A stretch of DNA of 64,000 bases, taken from IMG/VR virus record IMGVR_UViG_3300044646_000553; one strand, given 5' to 3'. The position numbers and the translations under genes were made by a program. Numbering within the stretch: position 1 is the stretch's first letter; every line of letters begins with the position of its first letter. The DNA is from an uncultured virus (IMG/VR IMGVR_UViG_3300044646_000553). Lineage: Duplodnaviria; Heunggongvirae; Uroviricota; Caudoviricetes. Shown here piece by piece: positions 7,846 through 18,187 of this stretch. The notes beneath the pieces are model-generated. The model made no database searches and was not told the origin of the DNA. It was given only the letters and a program-made list of their open reading frames with translations.

Positions 7846-9879
7846 ATGTCAGATTTTTTTAGTTTTAGGCTTCCAGAAGACTTTGTAGAAAAGTATATAA
7901 AAGTTGAAAGCCCATTTGGATTTAAAGATGCAGCAGAAAATTCACTTGGAGAAATTACTTTTATTCGTACTTATTCTAGGATGAAGGAAGATGGAACTAA
8001 AGAAAGATGGCACGAAGTTTGTCGTCGTGTAATCGAGGGGATGTATTCAGTTCAAAAGAACCATGCCAAAGAAAACCGTTTGCCATGGAATGACTATAAG
8101 GCTCAGAAGTCAGCACAAGAAGCATACGACAGAATGTTTAATTTAAAGTGGACACCACCAGGTCGTGGCATGTGGGCATTTGGAACCCCTATGACCATGG
8201 AAAAGAAAAACTCAGCAGCATTACAAAACTGTGCAATGGTATCAACGAAAGACCTTGACAAAAATGATCCAGGAGCATTGTTTGCTTGGGTTATGGATGC
8301 CCTTATGCTTGGCATTGGCGTAGGGTTTGATACAGTGGGACAGGATAAAAATTTCTCTATTTATGCCCCCACAGAGCCAGAGCAAATCTTTGAGATTCCA
8401 GACACTCGTGAAGGGTGGGTAGAGTCAGTCAGAGTTTTAATTAATTCATATCTCAGGCCAAATCAGAACATCCAGAAGTTTAACTATGACTTAATTAGGC
8501 CCCTAGGAGCCCCTATAAAGGGTTTTGGCGGGGTTGCATCAGGTCCTGCACCCCTTATCAGGTTGCACAATCAAATAGACCGTGTGATAGGCTCTAGGGC
8601 TGGAGAAACCCTAGATTCTCGTGCTATTGTGGACTTGGTTAATTTAATTGGAACCTGTGTGGTTTCAGGAAATGTTAGAAGATCAGCAACCCTTGCTTTG
8701 GGTAGTGCTGGAGACGATGTGTTTATGAATTTAAAGAACTCTGAGTCATTTCCAGAACGAAACTCTTTTGATCCAGAAAATCCAGGGTGGGCATGGATGT
8801 CTAATAATTCTATCTCAGCAGAAGTAGGAACAAAGTATGAAGACTATGTAGATTTAATTACTGAAAACGGAGAACCAGGTTTTATCTGGCTTGATGTTGC
8901 TCGTAATTATGGACGACTAAAGGATGCGCCAGACGGTAAGGATTATCGTGTGATGGGATTTAACCCATGTGCGGAGCAGCCATTGGAATCATACGAACTA
9001 TGTACACTTGTAGAAGTGCACTTAAATCGTCATGAATCTAAGGAGGACTTCCTGCGTACCCTGAAGTTTGCATACCTTTATGGAAAGACTGTAACACTTG
9101 TTCCAACACACTGGCCACAAACAAACGGTATCATGCAACGTAATCGTCGTATTGGTACATCTCTAACAGGTATTGCATCATTTGCAGATCAAAAGGGTTT
9201 ACCAACCGTTCGTGAATGGATGGACGAAGGATATAATAAAATCCGTCACTATGACCACCAGTATTCAGAATGGCTATGTGTTCGTGAATCAATTCGTGTA
9301 ACAACTGTTAAGCCATCAGGATCAGTTTCAATTCTTTCTGGTGCAACCCCTGGAGTTCACTGGGGACCTGGAGGAGAGTTCTTCCTTCGTGCAGTTCGTT
9401 TTGGGAATACAGATCCGATGATGCATTTGTTTAAAGCAGCGGGGTATACAATTGAAGATGACGTAGTATCAGCAAACACGTCAGTAGTTTACTTCCCAAT
9501 CAAGTCAGGCCATCCAAGATCTGAAAAGGATGTAACCCTGTTTGAGAAGATTGCACTTGCTGCAACTGCTCAAAAGTATTGGTCTGACAATGGTGTTTCT
9601 GTAACACTTTCATTTGATAAGGAGACAGAGTCAAAGCATGTAGTGCCAGCACTGCATATGTACGAGGGACAATTAAAGGCAGTCTCATTCCTGCCAATGG
9701 GAAATCATACATATCCACAACAGCCATATACTCAGATTACTGAAGAGCAATACGAGTCATATATTGGCAAGTTAAAGCACATTGATTTTTCTGCTATTTA
9801 TGATGGAGCAGAAAATCTTGAGGCTCAAGGAGAGTCTTATTGCACAACTGACTATTGTGAAATAAAGATAAACAAATAG
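7846..9879 (+). CDS. nrdJ: Class II adenosylcobalamin-dependent ribonucleotide reductase (monomeric RTPR type)
   Basis: PPGRG, ALQNC, GNVRRSA, GFNPCAEQ (thiyl Cys), TTVKPSG and a C-terminal CTTDYC redox pair. Start ATG 7846 after a GAAAGGA SD. No intein-sized insertion. Confidence 0.92.
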   Translation: MSDFFSFRLPEDFVEKYIKVESPFGFKDAAENSLGEITFIRTYSRMKEDGTKERWHEVCRRVIEGMYSVQKNHAKENRLPWNDYKAQKSAQEAYDRMFNLKWTPPGRGMWAFGTPMTMEKKNSAALQNCAMVSTKDLDKNDPGALFAWVMDALMLGIGVGFDTVGQDKNFSIYAPTEPEQIFEIPDTREGWVESVRVLINSYLRPNQNIQKFNYDLIRPLGAPIKGFGGVASGPAPLIRLHNQIDRVIGSRAGETLDSRAIVDLVNLIGTCVVSGNVRRSATLALGSAGDDVFMNLKNSESFPERNSFDPENPGWAWMSNNSISAEVGTKYEDYVDLITENGEPGFIWLDVARNYGRLKDAPDGKDYRVMGFNPCAEQPLESYELCTLVEVHLNRHESKEDFLRTLKFAYLYGKTVTLVPTHWPQTNGIMQRNRRIGTSLTGIASFADQKGLPTVREWMDEGYNKIRHYDHQYSEWLCVRESIRVTTVKPSGSVSILSGATPGVHWGPGGEFFLRAVRFGNTDPMMHLFKAAGYTIEDDVVSANTSVVYFPIKSGHPRSEKDVTLFEKIALAATAQKYWSDNGVSVTLSFDKETESKHVVPALHMYEGQLKAVSFLPMGNHTYPQQPYTQITEEQYESYIGKLKHIDFSAIYDGAENLEAQGESYCTTDYCEIKINK

Positions 9880-9886
9880 TCTTCTG

Positions 9887-9895
9887 TGGTAAAAT
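9887..9895 (+). promoter_or_regulatory. Extended -10 promoter (TGGTAAAAT)
   Basis: 9 nt before ATG 9905, no SD. Confidence 0.55.
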
Positions 9896-9904
9896 AGACT
9901 CATA

Positions 9905-12900
9905 ATGTCTACTCCATCAAACCTATACGCAGAAAAGGTGTTTGCAGAACACCCAACAGGTCTTTGGGCTCTTGACGATAATGCAGATTATATTTCTTTA
10001 ATTTCTGAACCACAAAGAAATCTATCTAACTGGACGATTACTGGCGGTACTCATCAAGACTATCCACAGTCAATAGGCGAACCATTCATCAATAGTTATG
10101 TAGGCAAAATTACAGCAACTCCAACTAGCAACGAATCAGCATCGATTGTTGCAATAAGCAATGAGATTATGGATCTGCGAGATATGAGCGATTACTTGGG
10201 AACATTTTCCGTTGGTGGATACTTTTATTCTGAAAGTGCCTATATTGCAGGTTTTGAAATTGGGTATCAATATGAAGATACGACCAGCGGACAGATTGTT
10301 ACACATCTAAAAAATTATGACACCATCATAAACAATAGTTGGGTTTTTATATCAGAAACATTTGATATACCACCAGACGATTCAAAAATACAACTAGTGT
10401 TTAAGATTAATTTTATTGGGGGATCAGAAATAGAAGATGTGTTTTTAATAAACGGAATTACTTTTGGGCAATGGTCAGAAGAGTTTGCATCAACTTCTCT
10501 AGGAACAACCTTAATAGATATTCCTTCAACAATTTCAATTGCTCCACAGAAAGGCCTTGTTGCAAAATGCTATGGATTACAAGAACTTGATGCCTACTAT
10601 TTGGCTTCTGAAAATATGCTTAAAGCAAAAAATTTAAGCATCCCAATGGTTTATGGAGCATCCAGCCTAACAGCATTATATCCAAATGGATCAAATCCAT
10701 CTCTTATAATTCCTGGAGTAGGACTTTTAAATGAGTCTGGAAAATTTAAAGAATACACTCTTGAAACTTGGTTAAGGGTAAACTCTTATACTAATGAAAC
10801 AAAAAAAATCATAGGACCAATCGCTTCGGATGATGGTATATATGTTGACGGTCCAGCGATAGGTCTTAAAGTTGGTAAAGAATATAGAACATATTATGTT
10901 GGAGAGTGGACAAGACCAATGCTCGTTCACTTAAGAATTGGAAAAGATGTTGCGTCTCTTGTCATTAATGGACAAGAAGTTATATCTTTAGGTTATGACA
11001 GAGAAACTATTTCTTTCCCAGAAATGTTAAACGAAAATCAAAAAAATCAGGACTGGATAGGATTTTATACACATGAAGATGTTTATCCAATAGAGATTGA
11101 TTGTGTTGGAATTTACCCATACGTGGTTGCAACCGCTATGGCAAAAAGAAGATTTGTTTTTGGTCAAGGTGTAGAAATACCAGAAAACATTAATACATCA
11201 TATAGCGGAACTTCCGTATTTATTGATTATGCTTTTGCAGATTATACTGCAAACTATTCTTATCCAAAGGTCGGATCTTGGCAACAAGCATTTAACGATA
11301 ACACATCAATTGTTAATAAATCTTTATCTGTACCTTCTGGGCCTCTTCCAGAAATATTTTTGTCATCAAAAACAGAAGAAGAGTTGTTGTCAGATTGCAA
11401 GTTGGCACAGTCATCTGATACAGAAAACTTTTTTTCTTTTAGACCTAACTCAAACTGGGAGTCTGTTTCTGGGTATTTATTTTTTAAAAACTTTGATTTT
11501 TTAAAAACTCCAATATCTGCATTTTATGGTTGTATGAAAATACCAGAGTTATCTCCTACTACTCAGACACTTTTTAGAATTGAAAAAGAAAACACCAATA
11601 GTTATTTTGCAATAGAACTAATCAACAATCAAATATCATACTCTATAAATTATGATGGAGTCTTAGAAACGATATACTCTCCAACTATTGCAGAGCCTGG
11701 AGAATTGATTGATGTTGGGCTAAATATTCCAGCGTTTGTTTCTAGGTTTGGAAATCCAGCCTCAGATTTCTTTGGATCTTTATCAGATTTAAGACTATAT
11801 GTAGGCGGTAAAAAAGACGAAACTTCTACATTTACGGGTAAAATTTATAAGATTGGCTTTTGTACAAAATACAACTTTCAAAAAATTAGGTCATTATTTA
11901 ATGAGATAGGTGTTCCAGTTTGGAACGAAGATCTTTTTGCTGTGTATCAGAACAATCAGTTAATAAATATAGACGGTGGAGTAGACACAACATCAATGTC
12001 ACCACATGGAGGAACAACGGATACGGCTAACGGCGCTATATCTGGAGGTGGTGTTTTTATATCTGATGAAGATTTTCTTATAGATCATGTGGCAAGTTAT
12101 ACTCTTTTGCCAGATGAAATTTTTGATACATACAGTTTAACAGTGTCTGCAAACGCATATTGGGAAGATCAAATTCCGCTAACATATTTTGCTGAATCAG
12201 TTTTAGATAAACGGGGGGATCAGTATTTTGACCTTGATTTTATACAGTTTAATATAGACTATCCAATACCATCAAAAACTATTGCAATAGAAACTGAACC
12301 AGTTGACTGGACATATGCAGAACTTGCTAATGAGTATGGTCTGCCAGTTCAAAGAACTTATGAGTCACTTGATAATTATTTATTTACTGGTTATAATGAT
12401 TATGAAGATCTTAAAAACAAAATAGCAAAAGACTATAGGTATGACACAGATGGAGCAATAGTAAAAACTTATGTTACATTTCAGTATACAGAGTTGGGGG
12501 CAAATCAAACTTCTTTTTATTTTACAAAAACAGAAAGACCTTCTAGAAATGGAATTTTAATTCCTGGCTCAGACTGGATGACTACAAAGTATGAAGTTGT
12601 AGACAATATGATAATTTATCCACCAGTTGGTGTAGACTTTAACGATCTCTCTATAGTTACGCATATTGATATAAATGTTAAAAATTCATCAACTCACAAT
12701 GTCAATATTAAAAAACTTTCTTACGCATCGCAGGCACTAAATGAATCAGACGCAAGTCCAATAGGAACTAGGTTTGGAACCCCTATATACCCATATACCA
12801 AAACTGGAATTTACTATAACTTTAAAAAGAATAATCCATTTTCTATATATACTGGATCATCTCCATATTTGTATCTTACAAAAACAAGTGGTATTCAAGT

Positions 12901-13621
12901 AAAGGGGCAGTACGATCCTATTGTTAATCGTGGACTTTCTATTCCTATGAATACAAGCAGAGCAAATAACTTTAAAGTAATAGCAATGCAAATGGCTGTT
13001 AGATTTGATGGAGACTACTTTCCATACGCACCAACTCAAATATTTGAAGTAGAAAGCAAAGGATCATATATAAAGTTTTACATGGTTGCAAATGACCCAA
13101 GTGGAAGAAGAGCAAAAATTTACGCAATTGATGCAAAGACTGGTTTAGTTCAAGACGGCATTGGGTTTTACTGGAACGGAAAGATTGTAAAAGAGCCAGT
13201 GCTAACTCTTCAAGAGTGGGGATTCTTAGGTATTAATTTTGCAGACAGTCTTGACTTTTCATTTTTTGAAGGGGCAACAAGATTGACTGGCCCACTAATG
13301 TTTAATAGTATTTCTTACTATCAATCAACAAACCTTCAAGAAGTCCAAAACATATCAGAAAGACCATGGTTTAGGGTAAAGGTTTTATCTGGCTTAGGTC
13401 TGGACTGGGAGTTCTGGAATGTTGGATCATTTAACTGGAATAAAGTTCTTGTGTTGGCTGAAACCAGTTATTATGGAGTAAACCCATCAGAGGTATACAA
13501 GAGTTATACTGGAACAAATAAATTAATTGTAGGAGACAACTTCCCATTGACAGTTGGAGATTATGCGTACTCTTTATATAATGACATTTCCTGGAATAAA
13601 TTTACGGTTGATCCCGTTTAA
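9905..13621 (+). CDS. Large putative virion protein with LamG/concanavalin A-like beta domains
   Basis: 1238 aa. N-terminal EHPTGLWALDD, YTLETWLRV and SLVINGQEV resemble LamG-type segments. Directly precedes the head module. Confidence 0.55.
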   Translation: MSTPSNLYAEKVFAEHPTGLWALDDNADYISLISEPQRNLSNWTITGGTHQDYPQSIGEPFINSYVGKITATPTSNESASIVAISNEIMDLRDMSDYLGTFSVGGYFYSESAYIAGFEIGYQYEDTTSGQIVTHLKNYDTIINNSWVFISETFDIPPDDSKIQLVFKINFIGGSEIEDVFLINGITFGQWSEEFASTSLGTTLIDIPSTISIAPQKGLVAKCYGLQELDAYYLASENMLKAKNLSIPMVYGASSLTALYPNGSNPSLIIPGVGLLNESGKFKEYTLETWLRVNSYTNETKKIIGPIASDDGIYVDGPAIGLKVGKEYRTYYVGEWTRPMLVHLRIGKDVASLVINGQEVISLGYDRETISFPEMLNENQKNQDWIGFYTHEDVYPIEIDCVGIYPYVVATAMAKRRFVFGQGVEIPENINTSYSGTSVFIDYAFADYTANYSYPKVGSWQQAFNDNTSIVNKSLSVPSGPLPEIFLSSKTEEELLSDCKLAQSSDTENFFSFRPNSNWESVSGYLFFKNFDFLKTPISAFYGCMKIPELSPTTQTLFRIEKENTNSYFAIELINNQISYSINYDGVLETIYSPTIAEPGELIDVGLNIPAFVSRFGNPASDFFGSLSDLRLYVGGKKDETSTFTGKIYKIGFCTKYNFQKIRSLFNEIGVPVWNEDLFAVYQNNQLINIDGGVDTTSMSPHGGTTDTANGAISGGGVFISDEDFLIDHVASYTLLPDEIFDTYSLTVSANAYWEDQIPLTYFAESVLDKRGDQYFDLDFIQFNIDYPIPSKTIAIETEPVDWTYAELANEYGLPVQRTYESLDNYLFTGYNDYEDLKNKIAKDYRYDTDGAIVKTYVTFQYTELGANQTSFYFTKTERPSRNGILIPGSDWMTTKYEVVDNMIIYPPVGVDFNDLSIVTHIDINVKNSSTHNVNIKKLSYASQALNESDASPIGTRFGTPIYPYTKTGIYYNFKKNNPFSIYTGSSPYLYLTKTSGIQVKGQYDPIVNRGLSIPMNTSRANNFKVIAMQMAVRFDGDYFPYAPTQIFEVESKGSYIKFYMVANDPSGRRAKIYAIDAKTGLVQDGIGFYWNGKIVKEPVLTLQEWGFLGINFADSLDFSFFEGATRLTGPLMFNSISYYQSTNLQEVQNISERPWFRVKVLSGLGLDWEFWNVGSFNWNKVLVLAETSYYGVNPSEVYKSYTGTNKLIVGDNFPLTVGDYAYSLYNDISWNKFTVDPV

Positions 13622-13623
13622 TA

Positions 13624-13632
13624 TGGTATACT
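13624..13632 (+). promoter_or_regulatory. Extended -10 promoter (TGGTATACT), leaderless
   Basis: ATG 13640 lies 7 nt after the hexamer. Confidence 0.6.
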
Positions 13633-13639
13633 TGTGGAT

Positions 13640-14026
13640 ATGGATTCGTTAATAGACCCAAAAACTGGTCAACCAATTGTTAAAAATGTCAGACGTAGAG
13701 TCATTGAAAAAGATTATGACTGGGGTCTATACATTTATAAAAAGGCCAACGGAAGATATTTCTCAGATGGTCATGGTTCTGTCTTAAATATTCCTTCTAT
13801 GCGAGGGGACATTTCAAAAATTTCAGAACTAAAGCAGGCAGCAATACACTACGGAGACCCAGGAGACGGAACTGTAGAATTTATTGCTGGCTCATCTCGT
13901 GTATCTGAAGAAGAGTATAGCGAGCAAGTAGACAGAATGAACTCTGGATTGCTTCCTAATCTAAACGATCTTGGAGCAGTTCAAGCAGCAAAAGATACAA
14001 TAGCATTGTATGGAGACGAGGAGTAA
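13640..14026 (+). CDS. Hypothetical protein upstream of portal
   Basis: Open frame of about 128 aa, stop 2 nt before the portal start. ATG 13640 preferred over GTG 13634 because of promoter spacing. Confidence 0.75.
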   Translation: MDSLIDPKTGQPIVKNVRRRVIEKDYDWGLYIYKKANGRYFSDGHGSVLNIPSMRGDISKISELKQAAIHYGDPGDGTVEFIAGSSRVSEEEYSEQVDRMNSGLLPNLNDLGAVQAAKDTIALYGDEE

Positions 14027-14028
14027 TT

Positions 14029-15621
14029 ATGGAAGATAACGAAATTGTTATTGGGGCAAGCATTGATCGTGCAATCAGTAAAGACGAGCCATTCTTAAAC
14101 TCAGATCCTTTTAAGGGTAATTGGGAAACACTAAAGACTCTAGACGGCCTAGACTCAAATTTTAAAAGACGCATAAGCAGATCTTCAACCAAGATGGTTG
14201 AGCCAACAACACAATATACAACTGCAGCACTTGCTGGAAAAAGCGGTATTGATGGAGCACAATCAAAAGAAATAAACCCAGGCCTAGTATATGTAAACGG
14301 CTACGGAATGTTCGATGTTATTACACCACCATGGAACCTATATGAATTGGCAAACTATTACGACACTTCTTTTGCAAACCACGCAGCCATTGATGCAAAG
14401 GTAGAAAACATTGTCGGACTTGGCTATGAGTTTCATATCTCTCAAAGAACAATGCTTCGTTTAGAGTCTTCAGAAGACAATAGCGCTACACAAAAGGCAA
14501 GAAAAAGAATTGAAAGAACTAAGATTGAAGCAAGAGATTGGCTAGAGTCACTCAATGACGATGACTCTTTTACTGCAACTATGGAAAAGGTTTATACAGA
14601 TCTTCAATCAACTGGAAACGGATATCTAGAAGTAGGAAGAACTACTCGTGGAGAGATTGGGTATGTCGGTCACATCCCAGCAACAACAATGAGAGTAAGA
14701 AGAATCAAAGACGGATATGTACAAATTATTGGAAATAAGATTGTTTACTTCCGTAATTTTGGAGCAAAGAATCCAAACCCACTAACAACAGATGCAAGAC
14801 CAAACGAGATTATTCACTTTAAGCAATACTCACCTCTTAACACTTTCTACGGAGTACCAGACATTATGTCGGCCATCAACTCCCTGCATGGAGACTCGCT
14901 TGCTTCACAATATAATATTGACTACTTTGCAAATAAAGCAGTGCCAAGATACGTAGTAACACTAAAAGGTGCAAAACTTTCTGGAGACGCAGAAGATAAG
15001 ATGTTCCGATTCTTGCAGACAAATCTCAGAGGGCAGTCACACAGAACGCTATATATTCCACTTCCAGGTGATAGCGAAAACAATAAAGTTGAATTTAAAA
15101 TGGAACCCATCGAAGACGGTATACAAGACGGCTCATTTAAAGAGTATCGTAAGCAAAACCGTGATGACATCCTGGTAGCACATCAAGTGCCATTGTCTAA
15201 ACTTGGAGGTGGCGATTCTGGATCTATTGCAGCAGCACTTGCACAGGATCGTACCTTTAAGGAGCAGGTTGCAAGGCCAGCACAAAGACAATTGGAAAAA
15301 ATGATCAATAAGATCATTCGTGAAAAGACAGACATTGTTGAATTTGTATTTAACGAGTTAACCCTAACAGATGAAATCGCACAATCTCAAATCCTTGAGA
15401 GGTATGTAAAGAATCAGATCATGACTCCGAATGAAGCACGAGTTGCTCTTGACATGCCACAGCGAGAAGGTGGGGACGAAGTCTTACAACTTAAGCCAGA
15501 GGCTGCAGCAGAAGCAAGCACAACAAGGGCTAGGGATTCAGAGAGAACAAACAACAACTCTGACAGTTCTTCAACCGTTGCTGGACGAAATCCAAAGGGT
15601 GAAGGAAGAAAAACTCCCTGA
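14029..15621 (+). CDS. Portal protein
   Basis: 530 aa. TGNGYLEV, NEIIHFK, FYGVP, YFANKAVP, IMTPNEAR are typical HK97/PBSX-type portal motifs. First gene of the head module. Confidence 0.9.
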   Translation: MEDNEIVIGASIDRAISKDEPFLNSDPFKGNWETLKTLDGLDSNFKRRISRSSTKMVEPTTQYTTAALAGKSGIDGAQSKEINPGLVYVNGYGMFDVITPPWNLYELANYYDTSFANHAAIDAKVENIVGLGYEFHISQRTMLRLESSEDNSATQKARKRIERTKIEARDWLESLNDDDSFTATMEKVYTDLQSTGNGYLEVGRTTRGEIGYVGHIPATTMRVRRIKDGYVQIIGNKIVYFRNFGAKNPNPLTTDARPNEIIHFKQYSPLNTFYGVPDIMSAINSLHGDSLASQYNIDYFANKAVPRYVVTLKGAKLSGDAEDKMFRFLQTNLRGQSHRTLYIPLPGDSENNKVEFKMEPIEDGIQDGSFKEYRKQNRDDILVAHQVPLSKLGGGDSGSIAAALAQDRTFKEQVARPAQRQLEKMINKIIREKTDIVEFVFNELTLTDEIAQSQILERYVKNQIMTPNEARVALDMPQREGGDEVLQLKPEAAAEASTTRARDSERTNNNSDSSSTVAGRNPKGEGRKTP

Positions 15622-15661
15622 TGTCCGATATGTCCAGAATGTGATACTTGTGTAAAATGGA

Positions 15662-15670
15662 GGGTATAAT
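15662..15670 (+). promoter_or_regulatory. -10 promoter (GGGTATAAT) for protease/capsid
   Basis: TATAAT at 15665-15670; GTG 15677 follows after 6 nt. Confidence 0.55.
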
Positions 15671-15673
15671 ATA

Positions 15674-17011
15674 GTGGTGAGCAATATATCTAAAGCCCAT
15701 TGGAATTCAGATGGGGAAAATCTTCGTCTATCAATGCCTTTTAGTAAGGTCGACAAAGAACGACGCATCGTTTCAGGTTTTGCATCATTAGACAATCTAG
15801 ACAAGCAGATGGATATCGTAACAGCAGAAGCATCTATGAACGCTTTTGCAAAGTTTAGAGGAAACATTCGTGAAATGCATCAACCACTTGCAGTTGGTAA
15901 GATGGTAAATTTTAAAGAAGATAAGTATTTTGATCCAGACTCAAAGAAATTTTACAGAGGCGTTTTTGTTTCAGCATATGTTTCAAAAGGTGCACAAGAT
16001 ACTTGGGAAAAAGTTCTAGACGGAACACTAACAGGTTTTTCTATTGGTGGACGAATGAACAAATGGGATGACGGATTTGATGAAAAGTCAGACTCACAAA
16101 TTAGAATTATTAAAGACTACGACCTGATAGAGTTAAGCCTTGTAGATTCACCAGCAAATCAATTTGCCAATATAGTATCGGTTGAAAAAGTTGATGGTGT
16201 AGATATCGTAAAGGGAGACTTAACAGTTTTAGAAAATGTTTTTTACGACAAGGAAAACGGTATTGTAATATCATCTGAGAACGAATCAGAACTCAGCCCA
16301 GTCAGTGGAGAACAAATGGAAAATATAGGGTTCGTTGAAAAAACGGATAACGAAAAAACAGTAATGATAAAATTCTTAGTTGATAGTGCTAAAGGCATTA
16401 ATACTTCTAAGATTAACAAGGAGGTACAACCTATGACAAAATCAAAAACACAAGTTGAAAAGACAGATGTAGTTGAAGATGTTGTGGTCGCTCCAGAGGC
16501 AGATGCATCAGTTGCAGAAGTTACTGAACAAGTTGCTAAGGCAGAAGAGGTTGAGGCAACAGAAGTTGCTAAGACCGATGAAGTTGTAGCAGAAGAGATT
16601 ACTAAAGCAGAAGATGCTGAAGCAGTCGAAACAGTAGTTGAAGCAGTTGTAGAAGTATCTAAGTCAGAAGAGGTAGTTGCAGAAGCAGTTACCGAAATGA
16701 AAAATACTCTAGAATCAGCCTTTAGCGATCTAGTGTCAACAGTAAAGGCTTTGCAAGCAGAAGTAGAACTTCTTAAGTCTTCAAAGGTAGATGTTGATAC
16801 AGTTAAGGATTCATTTGCAGCAGTTGCAAAAGATATTGCAGCAGTATCAAGTGAATTTAATGAATTTGGAAAACGAGTAGACGCTGTGGAAGCAGACACC
16901 GCATTCCGAAAGTCTGGAGATATCGGCGATATCTTTCAGAATCAATCTGAAACGGTTGAAAAATCCCTATGGGGCGGTAGTTTCCTCAAAACAGCCGATC
17001 TATTCAAATGA
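15674..17011 (+). CDS. Prohead maturation protease fused to a scaffold domain
   Basis: VSGFAS, IREMH, GFSIGG, ELSLVD-x-PAN (HK97-type serine protease motifs) and an acidic coiled-coil C-terminal half. Start is GTG 15674 or 15677. Confidence 0.88.
   Translation: MVSNISKAHWNSDGENLRLSMPFSKVDKERRIVSGFASLDNLDKQMDIVTAEASMNAFAKFRGNIREMHQPLAVGKMVNFKEDKYFDPDSKKFYRGVFVSAYVSKGAQDTWEKVLDGTLTGFSIGGRMNKWDDGFDEKSDSQIRIIKDYDLIELSLVDSPANQFANIVSVEKVDGVDIVKGDLTVLENVFYDKENGIVISSENESELSPVSGEQMENIGFVEKTDNEKTVMIKFLVDSAKGINTSKINKEVQPMTKSKTQVEKTDVVEDVVVAPEADASVAEVTEQVAKAEEVEATEVAKTDEVVAEEITKAEDAEAVETVVEAVVEVSKSEEVVAEAVTEMKNTLESAFSDLVSTVKALQAEVELLKSSKVDVDTVKDSFAAVAKDIAAVSSEFNEFGKRVDAVEADTAFRKSGDIGDIFQNQSETVEKSLWGGSFLKTADLFK
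16433..17011 (+). CDS. Nested in-frame scaffolding protein (192 aa)
   Basis: Strong SD AAGGAGGT at 16418-16425, in-frame ATG 16433, and extended -10 TGATAAAAT at 16365-16373. Confidence 0.65.
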   Translation: MTKSKTQVEKTDVVEDVVVAPEADASVAEVTEQVAKAEEVEATEVAKTDEVVAEEITKAEDAEAVETVVEAVVEVSKSEEVVAEAVTEMKNTLESAFSDLVSTVKALQAEVELLKSSKVDVDTVKDSFAAVAKDIAAVSSEFNEFGKRVDAVEADTAFRKSGDIGDIFQNQSETVEKSLWGGSFLKTADLFK

Positions 17012-17034
17012 ACAAATCACTAGGAGGTGACAAT

Positions 17035-18165
17035 ATGTCAGAAGAAATAATCAAAAACCAGCCAGGCGCTGAAGCAAATCTAGGAGGAGAAACTCCAGGT
17101 CTGTATCAGGGTCAAGGTGCTTTCGCATCAGGTGGTATTGGTGGAGTATCAAATCCAGGAGCAAACACTCTCGGAAACATTCCAACAGCAACACTTGGAT
17201 CAACAAGCGGAGCAAATGCTGTTAACCCTAGTGGTTCAGCGGCTTCTGGAATTTTGCGCCCCGAGCAGGCACGTCGTTTTATCGACTATGTTTGGGACGC
17301 TACAGTGTTAGCAAAGGATGGCCGTCGTGTAACAATGAAGGCTAATTCAATGGAACTTGAGAAGGTAAACGTCGGTGAGCGTGTAATTCGTGCAGCAGCG
17401 CAAGCAATTGGTACATACACAAACACAGGCGCAACATTCTCTAAGGTCGAACTTACTACCAAGAAGATTCGTCTTGATTGGGAAGTAACAGCAGAATCAT
17501 TGGAAGATGGTGTAGAAGGTGACGCTCTAGAAGATCACTTAGTACGCTTGATGACCAACGCATTCGCAAATGATATCGAAGATCTCGCTATCAATGGTGA
17601 TGGTTCAACAGGATCATTCTTGTCAATCATGCCAGGCTTTATTAAGAAGACCAAAGATGGTGGAGCACATGAGTCAGTAGTGACCGTAGCAGATAATGCT
17701 TGGACACCTGATGTAATGCAGGGCATCATCAATGCAATGCCACGTAAGTACCGTGCACTTAAGAACAATCTTAAGTTCTACGCAGGTACAGACGTATTCG
17801 GTGGAATCGTTAAGAATAACGGTACACTTGCTGATGCAGTTGCTGAAGCGTTTGCTGGACAAATTCCAGGAAGCACCCAAGCAAATCGTCAGAACTACCT
17901 TGATGGTATCGGACAGACATTCGGTGGAGCACGTACAACTCGTGTTCTCGGAATCGAAGTTCAGGAAGTTCCTTACTACCCAGCAGGATATGTCGACTTG
18001 ACATTCCCAGCAAACCGTGTATGGGGATTCCAAAGAGACATCACTGTAAACCGTGAATACGTAGCAAAGAAGGACACGATTGAATACACAGTATTCGTTC
18101 GCTTCGGACTCCAGTTGGAAGAAGAAGACGCCATTGCATACGCAGATGCTGCTTCAGACGCATAG
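17035..18165 (+). CDS. Major capsid protein (HK97 fold)
   Basis: GILRPEQARRFID, ANDIEDLAINGD; follows protease. SD GGAGGTGA before ATG 17035. Codon bias typical of highly expressed genes; terminator downstream. Confidence 0.9.
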   Translation: MSEEIIKNQPGAEANLGGETPGLYQGQGAFASGGIGGVSNPGANTLGNIPTATLGSTSGANAVNPSGSAASGILRPEQARRFIDYVWDATVLAKDGRRVTMKANSMELEKVNVGERVIRAAAQAIGTYTNTGATFSKVELTTKKIRLDWEVTAESLEDGVEGDALEDHLVRLMTNAFANDIEDLAINGDGSTGSFLSIMPGFIKKTKDGGAHESVVTVADNAWTPDVMQGIINAMPRKYRALKNNLKFYAGTDVFGGIVKNNGTLADAVAEAFAGQIPGSTQANRQNYLDGIGQTFGGARTTRVLGIEVQEVPYYPAGYVDLTFPANRVWGFQRDITVNREYVAKKDTIEYTVFVRFGLQLEEEDAIAYADAASDA

Positions 18166-18187
18166 TCTGTAACCAGTAACCTTTAAT

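Noticed and set aside
16243..16899. Long minus-strand ORFs (also 28028-28525, 31058-31723, 53867-54394, 56008-56466)
   Set aside because: Antisense shadows of biased or repetitive + strand genes; low-complexity Ser/Thr/Ala translations with no independent signals.
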